Source of the DNA: Lama guanicoe
Taxonomy: Eukaryota
DNA: 64,000 nucleotides
Assembly (NCBI GenBank): GCA_013239625.1
Contig: MU054187.1
Span: 14,728,974-14,792,973, forward strand
Direction: 5' to 3'
How positions within the stretch are numbered: position 1 is the stretch's first letter; each line of letters opens with the position of its first letter. The translations under genes were made by a program, and so were the position numbers. The notes below the pieces were generated by a model that made no database searches, was not told the origin of the DNA, and was given only the letters and a program-made list of their open reading frames with translations. This document shows, piece after piece, positions 24,859 to 38,030 of this stretch.

Positions 24859-27506
24859 CAGACATTGTTCCAAAGCTGGTTGGCAGAAGTGCCCGCTGTC
24901 CTACCGAACTAAACCCGAAGCTTGTGGGTTTGCATCGGAGTTCACTGACGGCTTGGGAGGCAGTTTACAGGGTGCTACAGCGGGTGGTCCTAGCATCCCC
25001 TGCATCAGAACCACCTGGCTGGGGGTGGTGGTGTTTAAAATGCAGATTACTAGCCCCGTGCCAGTCCCCTAGTCAGGTCGCCTGAGTCAGCGTCTTGAGG
25101 AGTGGGGGTGGAGCCTGCGACCGCATTTTGAAAAGTACTCAGGTATACCTTATATTCCCTAAAGTTTGAAGTAAGAAGCGAGATTATCCTGTACCACAGC
25201 CTGCTTATCTCAGGGAGCCCGAGGTGAGTCGTCTGTCACTTCACCAGTTCTCCCTGGGGTTTTTGCGTCTGGCTTGCTTACTTTCTGTTTCACAGGAGTG
25301 TGAAAAGTGAGACTTCCTAACAAAAGATATCTCCAAACATTGCTAGAAGCCTCCCCTGTCACAAGAACTTCCTTTGCTCTTTAAAAACAATTTTTTTTTT
25401 AAAATGTAGGTACTGGGGATTGAACCCAGGACCTTGCCTTTTGCTCTGTTAGACGTTGCCTTTAATTTTTTTTTAAAACCTGAGGAAAGGCTTAGTTTAT
25501 CTTCACCTTGATATAAACATGGTTTAATATTCAAAGTTTGGGCCTCAAACATCTCTCTCCTGTGTTTTTGTTTTTGTGTCTATGGGTCTTTCTCTGAAAG
25601 ATTTCCCCCACACCACTCATTTCTCTTTTTTCCTTTTCCTTTTACTCATCTGAATCCTCTCCATCCTTAAAGAACAAATTCAAGTCTATCTGCGTCCGCT
25701 AAATTCCATCTACCCCAGGCTTTTTTCCCTTGAATTCTCAAAGTAGTTGTACCACATTGTTGATTATGTAATTGTGTTCTCTCTGTGTTACAAATTTAAG
25801 GACAGAGTCTGAAAGGCACTTTTTTTTAAGTTGAAGTATAGTTGATTTACAATATTGTGTTAGTTTCAGGCCTGAATTGTATTTTTGTTGAATATCTGGT
25901 AAGCATAATAAGACCAGGTTGATTGACTGGATCTGTAAGTGAGCATTGCAGAAGCATTGGAAGGGATACAGCTAGATTGAATATAATCACTACAGCTTAT
26001 GAAGGAGGGAAATTTAAAAGGAAACATCACAAAGTTTCTGGTATATATTTATACTATTGATGGGAGGATGGATTTTTGGTAGGTATAGACTTGCTAGTCT
26101 ACCCAATATATTCAAAAACAGGTCTTGTACTAGAAACACAAATCTTTATGCTTTTGTTTATTAAAGTTTTTTTGGAGTGAGCAATGCCAATTTGTATTGA
26201 TCAAATTGTTTTTCAGATGGAAATGAGGCAAGACTTTTTAGAAAACTTGAGGAAGTAGACAAAAATGAATCCCTGTGTTGTAGAAAAGGTTACGTACATT
26301 TTCTTGTTCCATGCTAAAAAGTTTTTAACAGTTTTCTGCAGAATTCTTTTCAGATAAATTCCTTTGGATCTAATAAAGATGAAATCCGATTTTCACCTTA
26401 TGTTTGATGTGGCTAGGGGCTGGTTAAAGAATTTACTAGTAACTACTTTGAAGGTAAAAGCCTTTTTTATCTGGCTACTTCTCATGACTGCCTTCACTCA
26501 GGGAGGGAGGAGAGGAGAAAACTGAGGCAAAGTATCTTAAAAGTGTCTCTTTTTTCTCTTCAACGATTGCAAACTGCAGCCTTCTATTCAGTACTAAAGG
26601 GTTCCAAAGAGATGATGCCATGGTACCATTCTAGCCCCCTCTAAGAACGTGAGCTGCTCTGTTCTCTTTTTATGTTTCTACTGGGGTCACTAGGTAAGTA
26701 CTCTGTTCAGAGGTCTGAGAGTGTTCCTTCCCCATGTCTTAACCACCTCCCCCACTCCCAGGAATCTGGCTTGTTGTGTGTGCATCCGTCATTCTGGAAA
26801 AACCCCCGCTAGGTCTTGCCAGCTCTGAGCACACAGACGTTTCCTTCGGGAGCCAGCAGGGGTCAGCTGGAACGCCGGCTGCCCGGCCATGTCTCTTGCC
26901 AGGACCAGGATGGCACGAGGAGCCATTTGTTGCTTTCTTGAGCTGAGACAAAGTCTTCAGAGACATCTTACATGCCTTCCCTATGATTACGTACCTGTTC
27001 CTGCTTCGCACCAGGTACCCCTAAGCATCCGCTCTTTCCTGGGCTCAGAACCCTTTCTCCTCTCCCATCAGCCTCTAAGCTGACACCACAAACAATCCCC
27101 TTTCCCCCCTGGAGTGGAGCTCTTCTGTTTGTTTTAAATATAAGCTCTGCAGGAGTTGCTTTTACGGTTTTATCCACGTGAACACGCTCTGGCCTCTCTT
27201 GCCAGTCGCTGACACTGACCCGGTGGTGGGGAATTCCAGCTTGTGGCCTGGTGGGAGGGGGATCTGGGTGTGAGGAAGGTGCAGAGGAAAGAACTGCTGG
27301 GAACAGTCCCATGACTCACCAAAGGCTTTAGTTGTCCTTGTCTGAAGAGAGCGAAGATCCCTTATGTCTCAGGGACTAAGCTGATGGAAGAGCTGGTGGC
27401 CATTACCTGCCGGAAGGGTCCTGCATTGTGAGAACTGTCCACCTTTCAGTGGCTGGTCTCTTGTGTGCTATTTTCCTGAGACATCTCTTACCCCAAATCC
27501 TCAAAA

Positions 27507-27696
27507 CAGGGCTGGCTACATAGTTTTGTGAGGTCCAGTGCAAGAAGAAAACGTAGGTCTCCTTGTTCAATAACTATTAGGAACTTCACGTTGGCAACTA
27601 CAGAGCATTAAACCAAGCACAGGGCCCTCTGAGCGCAGAGCCCAGCGTGAAGCCTGGCAGGACTGCGCGAGTCCTATGCCCATGACGCCAGCCCTA
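27507..27696 (-). mobile_element. MER45A-like hAT-Tip100 MITE
   Basis: Inverted ends cagggctggct...gccagccct; internal cagagcattaaaccaagcacagggccc. Confidence 0.7.
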
Positions 27697-27839
27697 ACCC
27701 CCAGACATATGGAGGGAAAGTTCTTCCTTGTCCTGGTCCTGAGGGTCAGTGTGAGGGCATCCCAGGCATCCCACGTCTGATGCGTTCCCCATCCTCAGGA
27801 ACTGGGGTCCTGGAGAGAGAGACCCAGGAGAAGAGGGCT

Positions 27840-28520
27840 TTTATTCAGCAAATGTAGGACATTCATTGTTTCAGGCGCTGGAGACTCTGCAGTAAACAAA
27901 GCAAGGGCCCTGCCCTCTTGGAGCTCAGAGTCTAGTTGAGGGAGACAACAGCAAATGGGCAAATACTTGCATGTAGGGAGGGTGTCAGACAGTGACAGGT
28001 ACTTCAGAGGAAGGTAAAACGGGGCAGGGAGGATGAGGGCTGCCAACCAGGAAGGGTGGGGTCTTGTGGTTTCATGAGACATGGTCGAGAGGGGCTATTT
28101 GAGTAAAGGCATTGAGGGAGTGAGTCATGTAGGTGCCTGAGGGAAGAGCATTCAGGCAGTGGGACTAGCAAGTGCAAAGGCCCTGAGGCCTCAAGTTTGA
28201 GGATGAGCAGAGAGGATGGTGTGGCTGGTGTGGCTGACGGGTTTGGAGAGGTTAGAGATGGAGAGAGAGGATGCTGGATCTTATGCAGTAATGACTCTGG
28301 GTTTTACACTGGGTGAGATGGAAGCTTTGGGTGTTAAGACCTGAGCAGGCTCCTCATCTGACTCAGGTTCAGGGCTCCCTCTATACTCTGTTGTGAAGAG
28401 ACGTGGGGGCAGAAGAGAGAAAGTAGGGTGACCAGGGAGGAGGCTTTTGGAATAATCCAGGTGGTTTTGACCCAGCTGCTCATGGTGGAGGTAATGAGAA
28501 ACGGTCAGGTTCTAAAAATA
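27840..28520 (-). mobile_element. LINE-2 fragment
   Basis: attcagcaaatgt...gccctcttggagctcagagtctagttgaggga matches the L2 3' region. Confidence 0.65.
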
Positions 28521-28858
28521 TTATAATCTTAAGAGGACAAGGAACCAGGTCGGTCTTGTTTATCACGTAATGATAACACATGTTGGTGCCCAATAAACAG
28601 GTATTTAATGAACCAGTGAGTGAATGTAAATATTTCACAAAATTTCTTACAGTAGAGGTAATAAGAACATTACAAGAATGAAATGAGGCAAAATACCTTG
28701 CCAGTGTTTTAAAATTTTTTACCCCCCTTTTTGCTTCAGTAAAATCTGGAAAAATGTTAAAGGTCAGTTCGTATGAAATAAGTTATAATGCCTTAATGCC
28801 ATACAGCTTGTCAGCCTGAATATGCTAAAATGGACAGTAAGACTGTATTTTTAGTGTG

Positions 28859-28877
28859 TGGTCAATAGGTGGCGCTG
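28859..28877 (+). promoter_or_regulatory. CTCF-like binding motif
   Basis: TGGTCAATAGGTGGCGCTG closely matches the CTCF core; TACGTCACGTG (CRE half-site/E-box) lies at 28901-28911. Confidence 0.55.
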
Positions 28878-31800
28878 TATCTTGTTAGGGCTTCCTCCGC
28901 TACGTCACGTGTGCTGAGGCCACTGGAGTGTTAAACGCAGTTTTAACTGGAGTTCATACTTGGTTTATTGAAAAGTAGATTTGACTTCTCCAATAATTTG
29001 GTAAGACCCTCTTGGAATTATAGGTACAAAACTAACATTTGAAAATGTCATTCTTCCTTAAGGTATAACATTTAGGTGTTACTCAAATGATAGAAAATTT
29101 CGTCTCAATGTTGGAAACATGGCAGGGCCCACTTGCTGCAGAGGCCTTCACTGCTTGATGGCAATTTAATTTTATTTCCTTTTCCATGTGATTCTATTAT
29201 ATGTGTGTATTTCATATATGTGTGTGTATATATATGTATATGTATGGGGGGGTTGCTACTCTTTGTAAAAAGACCATATACAGTCATTAGATTTATTTTC
29301 CTTGTTGAATTTGTTCAGGGAGGAGCCATGCAGGAATGGGTGGTGGAGGGAGGGAGGATCCAGGGGGAAAAAAGGCTACAGTAAAATTAGGAGGCTGTGA
29401 GGTTTTGTGCGAAATTCTATGGATACGTTTCAGGTGGCAAGTTTCTTCCAGCCGTGGGCCTTCTCCAGCTGCTGGGCCGTCTTTCTCCACCCAGAAAGCT
29501 CACTGAAGCAGCCCCACCTCACACGATGGCTTCCCCTGGAAGTGTGAAGCTGGCTCGTCCTTTCTTGTCCGATGCCCACTTTCCTGCCTTTGAAGTTGGT
29601 CATCACAGACAAAACCGACCCCTAGTCAGGTATTCTGAGACTCCTGTCTTGTCAGGCCTGAAAGATCAGATGATGAAAGATCCTGATGGGTCTGTGGCTT
29701 TCCTCTGAGTCAGGCTGAGTAAACATCCCCCTTGCAAGATGACTTTTGTCCCCTAAAGAGTCCTGGGTGGTTTTAGAGCTGTGGGTCTCTGAAAGCGAGA
29801 CTGTCCTTCACAGTGTTAGGAGTGTAGAGCTCCCGAGTCGGAAGGCCTTCAGAGCTGCTCCTGCCAGCGGACCTGGAAAAAGTGCTCAGGCCAATAGAGT
29901 GGCTCCGATTGTTTTCTCTCCAAGCAACAGATTCAGCAGATGTGTGGTGTGTGCCCACTGTGTACCAGGCGTTGTGCTGGGGAAACAGCAGGGCACCATT
30001 TCTATCCTCAACCTTTCCTTAGAATGCATGTCCCTCTTCTTGGCCTTATCTGTAGCCTCGTTCCCCTCTCATGATACTGCTTGTTCTTGGTTCTTGCCTA
30101 AAAGTTTTCTAAGAGTCCAGGGCTGGACAGTGTTCTGTCTTTTCACCTCCCCATCATTCATGTATTGGCTTTTTGTCATCCCATGGGTGACAGGCTGGCT
30201 CCAAGAACCTCTAGGCATCACGTCCTTGCTCAAGGCAGACAAGGGGATGCACCAAGCACTTCTGTTTCTTTGATCAGAGGAGCGGGTTTTCCCAGAGGCT
30301 CCCAGCAGAGTGCTCGTATTGCTGCACTGCTACCTCCAAAAGAGACGCTGGGAAAATGAAGATCTGACTTCAGGAAGAAGAGGATTGGGAGTGGCGCCTG
30401 AGTTAGCCAACTGCAGATGCCTGCATCTGAGATCCACGCTATCCAGTAGGATTAAGCTCTTCCATACAAGTAGCTGTAATATATCAACATCCAGATCATT
30501 CTGTCACATCCATTTGCTTTGGGGCCACTGTCTCTCTCCTGTCTCTATCGCCTGTTTTCAGACTGGCTGACCTTAACCAGAATCACTGACTCCTGGCCTT
30601 AGCGTTGCCTGACCTCCACCACCTGTTCAGCCCTGCCTCCTCCCCGACCTACCATGCTTAGGCAGCCCACTGAACAGCCAGTGCTGAGCAGACATCCTCC
30701 CCCAAATGTGCTCCTCCTGCTTTCCCACTGTTCGGGCATCTGTTGATGTCTGTCTCATCTGTCACTGTCATTGGGATCACTGGATTCATCTGTGCTCCCT
30801 TCCCTCCTTCATCTCTGACACCCAGAGGTCCCTGAGTCCTGCCCATCTTATCTCGGGAATACCTCTTTGCCTCCTCTCTCTTTGCACGTCCCCAGGTCCA
30901 CTTCAGGTCCTGATTTCCTCACCCCATTTCAATGCATCCTCCAAACTACCATGATTATCTTTAGGTAACTTGATTGATTGTTCTTTCTTGACCCAAGAGC
31001 ATTCATGGTTCCTTGTTGTTTCTGTATAAAATAGAAGCAAGGCATTCAGACCCTGTCCTGCCCAGCCTGTCATTCCAGCCCCATCTCCTCTGGGCTCTCT
31101 CCCTTGTTCTAGGTCTTCGCTTTCCCAAAGAGGTCTGAGGGCTTTGCTGTGTCAGGAACACTCACTCTGCCCTCCTTCCTCAGCCACCACCTCTTCATCC
31201 TTATGAACCCAGCTCAGATATCATCTCTCCAGTGTGGTTTCTCTCCAACCGGATCGTGCCGCCTTCCTTTCTCCTGTTGCACTGTTGGTATCACACTCGT
31301 GACATCATTTTTTCACATTTACATCCACCTTCTTTAAGGGAGAACGGGTCTCTGATTTAGCTTCCCGTGGTGAATAGCTGCCGCAGGGCCTGGGACACAG
31401 CAGTTGCTCAAGAGATGTTTGTTGAACAAATGGTTTTGGACTGTTGTGGATAGCAGCGGGGGAAATTTCCTGAATGTTGTGCATTTGGTACACTCTTCAC
31501 ATGTGGTCAGTCTGAGTCCTGAAAGTTTAGTAAAGAAAACTTCAGAGAACAAATGTTTACTGCAGTGTAGAGCTCTTCAGTTTCCAGGATTGGAGGTGGT
31601 GAGTGTGTGGTCGGTGTTTTTAGAACCAGGCAATGGCTCAGCCCCGTGGGAGCAGATTGCATGAGACAAGCGCCCAGAATGGGGGAGATCATGCCAGCCA
31701 ATCTGTCAGATTTCATCATCTGCTGGTCTTGGGCTGATGACATTCCTAACGCACGCCTCTCAGACTTACATCTTGTGAAGGACTGTTTTCAGTTTTCATC

Positions 31801-32769
31801 TTTTGCCGGTTGCTTATACAACCCATCTAAAAATAATATTTTAAGAAAGCATCTTATTTAAGTTTAGTAGATGAATCTTGATGTATTAAGCACAGAATCT
31901 GATCCTTTCTGCTGTGTAATGAAATCTACAGGCGTGGAGAAAAGGCAGATCTCTTTTATAGGTTATTTCTTAGCCAAGAAATAACATTTTTTTTCCTTTT
32001 AATTTTACACTCCTAAAATTGCAGTTATATAATTGTGAAAAAGTAGTTTGGGGAGAAGTCCATTTAAGATTCAGGAATAGAGGGAGCTGTTACTGTGGAC
32101 AAAAAAAAAGTTCGGTTATTTTATTTTATCTGGGAAACCTACTTGCTGGCAGGGTGTGGGCATTGGCAGATAAAATGTGTGGGTTGGTAAGTTGTTTGTA
32201 TATACTTGCGTGGTTGCAGGGGTGTGTGTGTGCGCGCGTACCCGTGTGCTTATGTGCATCAGTAATTATTATAAAACCTTAAGTTGACAGAAACGGTGGG
32301 AATGATGTAGTTAACTCATGACCACATATCCATCATATGTAAGTGTATGTACTGCCTTCCTGTACCAATAGTGTACAGTTAGGTCTCCTCTAACAATTAG
32401 ATAATATTTGACACACATTATGTCTTAAGCGGGATAGATATCTTTCCTGAACACTGTATATGTTATTAATGTTCTTTGCACTGTTCCCTTTTTAAATTGC
32501 TACAAAAGTAATCTTCAATCAAGTTTTAATTACTGTTATTTTCAAAGCAGTTGGATCTGAAATAATGAGGTTTCACTGAAATTTTCTTACTTTTTAGTCC
32601 TAGAAGTTAATGATAGTTCTTTCCATCAAGTTGAAACTAAGCAGAGGATAATGTTAATGTCTTAGGTACTTTCCTAGAAAAATATTGCATCTTCCGGTTC
32701 AACTGGTGAAGTAAGCATTTGGTCATTGCTGATGAGTTGGAATTTTTGAGGCGATCTCCCATTTTTGAA

Positions 32770-33182
32770 TCAACAAGACATTATTCTGATAGGTTGAATT
32801 ATAACGTCGCTTCTCTGTTCCCCATATGGGTTTGTATGAGGAGGAAAAAGACAGTTCTGAATGGGTGCCTTGGCAGGAATACAGGGATCGGGGATGATTG
32901 TACGGGAAACGGAGTGTGTGATCATGATGAGCCAGTTTGGCCTTGAACGCAGAACTCTGGCCTCTTTGGACTGAATGTTGAGAAGGAACAGCGTGGATTT
33001 CCCAATATTGTTCCAAAGGTGTGGCAGCAATAGTGAAAGCAAAAATCCATTGTTGGAACAATGACTCTCAAGTGGGAGGAGAATGTGGCAAGCCTCCCTT
33101 TCTTGTAATGAATTAAGTCCAGGTTTCATGTGAGCGATGGCGTAATTGCTGGTAGGTGACCTTTGATTTTTTTTCTCTTCCA
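32770..33182 (-). pseudogene. Candidate terminal coding exon
   Basis: aatcttttaag| acceptor; phase-1 entry matches exon K; 137 open codons (EEKKNQRSPTSNYAIAHMKPG...) in non-repeat sequence. Confidence 0.35.
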
Positions 33183-33359
33183 CTTAAAAGATTAAGCTTT
33201 ATTCAGGACCAAGTTGAAGGGAGAACAAAGAGTCAGTAAGTTAGCGTAATCTGTTGAGTCATGAGAAAATAAAGGCTTATGCACATACAGAACAGCTCTA
33301 CTTGGCTGACAACGTGAGTCTGTCCCTTCAATGCCAAAGGTTCTTACTTCTTCCTCTTT

Positions 33360-34760
33360 CCCTCCCTGAAGGCTTCGTGCCAGGCACTGAGCCCCTCTCC
33401 TCTTTTTATCATTGAGGATTTCCTATCCTTTTGGTAGATAGAGATGCCTCTCCTCACTCCCCTGAAACTGCTCGCAAAGGTTGCCATCGCCTCCGCTTTG
33501 CTAAATTTAAAGCTCAGCCTCCGCCTGCATCTTACTTGACCTTTCTACAGCGTTGGCCCCCTTCATTCTTCTCTCTTCTAGCAAACACTTTCTTCTCTTG
33601 ACTTCCAGGATGTCACAGTTGCCTGGTTTTCCTCCTGTGTCCCTGGCCACTTCTTCCCAGACGCTTGCTGCCTCCTCCTTTCTCCGTGGACACATTCAGG
33701 CTGGGACCTCAGAACCCCTGTTCTTCTCAACTTGACTCACTCCCTTGGAAGCCTTGTCTGGGCTCCTGGCTTCCTTCACTGACAGCTCCCACCTGGACGT
33801 CTCCGGCCCTCATCTGTCCCTGAATTCCAGCCTCACACAGCCAGCCACCTCTTCCGTGTCTCTACGTCTTCACATGTCTGAATCCATGGATCTTTCCTTC
33901 AAGTTCATGTCTCTCAGAGTCTTCTGCATATCAGTTAAGGACAGCTTCATCCTTCGAAGTGCAGGAAACATCCCTGACTCCTTTCTTCCCCTCCCCTTCT
34001 ACATCTCACTCTCAGGGAAATCATGAGATTCAGAATTTATTACCACTTCTCACGACCTAACTGTTACCACTTTAGTCTGATCCACCACCAGCCCCTTTGC
34101 GTGGGGTAGTGTGGTGGCCTGGTAACTGGTCTCCAGGCTTCTGTCCCCGTTCTCTGCAATCATCCCTCCCTAGAGTGGCCAGCTCAGTTCTTCAGTACAT
34201 CATCAGATCATGTCACTTCTCTGCTCCAAACCCTCAGTGACTCCCCATTTCCCTCCAAGTAAAGGCAGAAGTTCTTATCAAGGCCTACAGGGCTCTGTAA
34301 GGCCTGCCCTTTCCCCTACCCATTACCTCTCTGACGTCCTCTCCTACTACTCCTTCACTGCAGTTCCGTGGCCTCTGCTTTTCCTCAGACATTCCAGGTG
34401 GGATCTGTTTCCACCTGGGTCTTTGTACCTGATGTTTCATCTGCCTGGAACGTTCTTCCCTGGACTTGTGTGTACTTAACGGGCTTCATTTCAAGCCGTT
34501 TCTCCAGTGTCGCTTCTTCCTGATGACCCTAGTTACTCCTGCAGTCTGCTGCCCCCAGCACTCCTGAGCTCCGTTATTCCTCTGTAACACTTCTCATCTA
34601 TTAACATGCTGTATATAATACACTTATTTATTATGCTTATTTTTTATTGTCAGCCTCTCCTACTAGAATGTAATCTTGAGGGCAGGGGCTTTTGTGTTTC
34701 ATGTCCTAACACCTAGTATGGTATGAGGCACAAGTTCTCAGTAGATAGGTGTTGAATGAC
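33360..34760 (+). mobile_element. LINE-2 fragment
   Basis: Pyrimidine-rich L2 body ending ctagaatgtaatcttgagggcagggg...gttgaatga. Confidence 0.7.
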
Positions 34761-35144
34761 TAAAAAGTTGTGGATGCCGGGAGCCACAGGCTGGCTTCCT
34801 CCCACGTACCGTGACTTGTTCTCTCTGAAGCCTCTTTTCCCTCAAGGCCCCACTTTCTCTAGTGCTTCTTGGGGTTTCGGGGCAAGAGTGAAGTCTCCTT
34901 TGAGATGGTTTTTGGGAGAGGGAAGCAAAAGAGAAGGGAAGACCTTTCCTGCTCTTGCATGAATGAGTTGGCTTGTACTTACTTGAATGATGGGGCCGGG
35001 TAATCAGAGGGCCTGGCCTAGACTGATATATTTTGTATTCTGATATTTTTACTTAATGTTTTATCATGAGCACTTCCATCACTTTTTCTCTTCTAGTTTT
35101 TGTGATTATTATTTTAATGGCTACATATTTAAAATACAGTCCTA

Positions 35145-35299
35145 GGGAACTATATTGAATATCTTGTAATAACCTTTAAAGAAAATGAATATGAAAATGA
35201 ATATATGTATATATATGCATAACTAAGACATTATGCTGCACACTAGAAATTGACACATTGTAACTGACTATACTTCAATTAAAAAATAATAAAGTAAAA
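35145..35299 (+). mobile_element. Short L1 3' end with 15-bp TSD
   Basis: TSD TAAAATACAGTCCTA at 35130-35144 and 35300-35314; A-rich tail. Confidence 0.85.
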
Positions 35300-35859
35300 T
35301 AAAATACAGTCCTAATGACTCAGCCCTCAAGGTCAACCTGTATAAGCCTGGGGACGATCTTGGGTTGCTTTTGAGAACCTCAGGGTGAGGGAGTAGTTAA
35401 GGGCACAGGCTAGAGTTTGGCCCTCTGGGTGCAGATCCTGGCTGTGGCCTTTCCCCACCATGTGACACAAGGCAAGTCATTTAACTGCGTCTTAGTTTCC
35501 TCCTCTGTCGAATCACAGTGGTAGCAGTACCTGTACGGTACCTGGACCAGTGACAGTAACGGGCTTATTTTGGGAAATGAGAGTTCATGTTTACAGAGCA
35601 CTTGGAACCTTGCTGCTCTGTGTCATATTCAGACCAGCATGATCAGCAGGGCCTGGGGGGCTGGTCAGTAATGCAGGCCCCAGCCCAGACCTGCCGTATC
35701 CGATTCTGTATTCTGACAAGCCCCCCAGGTGCCCCCTCAATGAGCAACAGTGACTTCAAACAGCGGCTGGGACATACCCAACACTATGTGATGTTGGCTA
35801 AATTTTTTTATTATTATTACTTTTTAATTTACATAATTAATTTGTGTATTTTTTTTAAA

Positions 35860-35937
35860 ATAGGGTACTGGGAATTGAACCCAGGACCTTGGGCATGCTA
35901 AATAAGCATGCACTCTACCACTGAGCTACACCCCCCT
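35860..35937 (-). mobile_element. tRNA-Ala-derived SINE (vic-1-like)
   Basis: ggtactgggaattgaacccaggacc...ctctaccactgagctacacccc. Confidence 0.8.
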
Positions 35938-36747
35938 GCACCCCTCTGGCTAAATTTTAGAGTAGTTTCAATTTTCACAGGTCGGACCTCTGAAACGTGT
36001 CTTGTCCGTGTCAAGCAGCATCTCAAGGAAGTGCCTCTGGGAGGTCAGGCCCCTCACTGCACATCTCAGGGCTTTAGCGTCCTTCTCTGTGATGTGAAAG
36101 AGTCTAAAATGAGTGATTTTAGAAGCACCATGCCAGCTCTGGCCCTATGGAATTCAGTGTTCCTCATCAGTTCACGTTTTACTGAGCAGGGAGTTTAAAA
36201 AGACCACGATTTCTTTTGGAAACTAGGTAAGAGTAATGCCTTGGAAAAATGTTCCCAGATATTCTTGTGGTGCAAGCCAACCATACCAGAGTTATTGGTC
36301 ATCTTTTTTTAATCTCCCAGGTACATCTTACTCTGTCTTAATGTCTGATTGACAGTAAGAACTAGCAGGATCTTGGAGCTCTTGGTGGAAGCTACTCTAC
36401 TTAATCATTAACCTTTTAAGAATAGAAAACAGTGGTCCTTAAAATTATCTATTTTTTGGCGACATAATTGCTTCATAGGCCATGTATGAGAGAGAGCAAG
36501 ACATTCTAAGAGATTAATCTTCTAAAATGCAGTCAGTAATCATGGTCTATTAGTCTGGAAGGGCTCCTAGAAAATAGCTCTTAGTTTATGGACCAGGAAA
36601 ATAAAAAAGGATGGTGCCTCTCTTGAAAACGTTTTCCATAACCACTTTCAAGATATCCAGCGTCTTCCTACCATCGTCGGCACGGAGGTCAAACCCCTTG
36701 GGCTCGTTGGTAATCCTGACTCATCTTGATTTGGCCTCAGATCATCT

Positions 36748-37132
36748 GTTGTGGGCTGAATTGTGTCCCCCTAGATTCATATGTTAAAGCCTTAACCCTC
36801 AGTGCGTTTGTCTTTGGTGACAGGGCCTTTAGGGGGATAATTAAGGTTAAGTGAGGTCATACAGATGGGGCCCTAATCCAAGAGAACTCATGTCCTTATA
36901 AGAAGAAGAAGAGACACCAGAGAGCTCTGTCTGTGCGCACACAGAAGCGAGGCCATGTGAGGATACCTCGAGAGGGTGGCTGTCTGAGCCAGGAAGAGCA
37001 GTCTCACCAGAAGCCAACCCTGATGGCCCCTTAATCTTGGATGTCTAGACTACAGAACTCTGAGAAAATAAATGTCCCTTGTTGAAGTCACTAGTCTGGC
37101 ATTTTATTAGGGCAGGCTGAGCAGACCAATAC
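36748..37132 (+). mobile_element. MaLR MLT1-like LTR
   Basis: TGTTGTGGGCTGAATTGTGTCCCC...aataaatg...ccaataCA. Confidence 0.8.
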
Positions 37133-37264
37133 AGCATCCTTCCAACTTCCTTACAGCTCCACTTGGGTGTCTCTCTCCTCTTGGCTACCCAGGACTTGCC
37201 TTCTTCCATATCTTTGATCCTGAATCCTCTTAGGATATCTTTCCTCTCTGTTGTGGATGTCAAA

Positions 37265-37820
37265 ATTGTAATAGGGGGTCTTTGCAGATGTAATTTAGTT
37301 AAATAGAGTCTTTGCAGATATATTAGTTAAGGTTTGTTTTTTAAATTGAAGCATATTCAGCTTACAATGTGTCAATTTCTGGTGTACAACATAATGTTTC
37401 AATCATACATATACATACGTATATTCCTTTTCATATTCTTTTTCATTATAAGCTATTGCAAGATACTGAATATTGTTTCCTGTATACATTGGAAACTTGT
37501 TTATCTGTTTTGTATACGGTAGTTAGTATCTGCAAATCTCAAATAGTTAAGGGTCTTGAAATGAAATCATGCAGGAGAAAAGGCCATGTGAAGATAGAGG
37601 CGGAAATTGGAGTTGTGCTGCCATGAACCAAGGAGAGCCTGGAGCCACCAGGAGGGGGAACAGGCAAGGAAGGCGTCTCCTCTGGAACCTTCAGAGGGAG
37701 CACAGCCCTGCTGACACCAGTTTTAGCCTTTGGCCTTCAAAACTGAGCGGGGAAGTTTTTGTTACTTGAAACCCCCGAGTCTGTGGAATTTTGTTCCGGC
37801 ACCCCTGGGAAGCTAATACG
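37265..37820 (+). mobile_element. MLT1-like LTR interrupted by a minus-strand L1 3' fragment (about 37334-37542)
   Basis: MLT1 motifs on both sides; TAGTTAAGG duplicated at about 37324 and 37544. Confidence 0.7.
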
Positions 37821-37883
37821 CCTTTTCTGATACCCCCAGGGAGGAGTTCCCAGCAGCCCTGTACTTCTTTTCTAACCCTCTAC

Positions 37884-38030
37884 CTTCTGGTATCAGCTGT
37901 TTAGGTGTATCCCTTGGTTTCACAAAGACTGGCTCCTGGAGCCTTTGAGCAAGAATATGCTCATGACAGAGCCTCGGATATTGCAGCCTTTGTGGTCCAC
38001 AAAAATGTCAGTACTGGACTGTCAGCTTTC
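37884..38030 (-). pseudogene. Candidate downstream exon K (147 nt, phase 1>1)
   Basis: ttatttcccttag|GAAAGC...CCAGAAG|gtagag; KLTVQY*HFCGPQRLQYPRLCHEHILAQRLQEPVFVKPRDTPKQLIPE with a single TGA. Confidence 0.5.

Noticed and set aside
26217..26288. Plus-strand coding exon (GNEARLFRKLEEVDKNESLCCRK)
   Set aside because: The donor is weak, and splicing from the 20722 donor in the only ATG-led frame hits an immediate stop; no coding chain could be built.
36286..36412. Additional minus-strand pseudo-exon
   Set aside because: The acceptor is plausible, but all three frames have early stops and exon K already joins the 33182 exon in phase.
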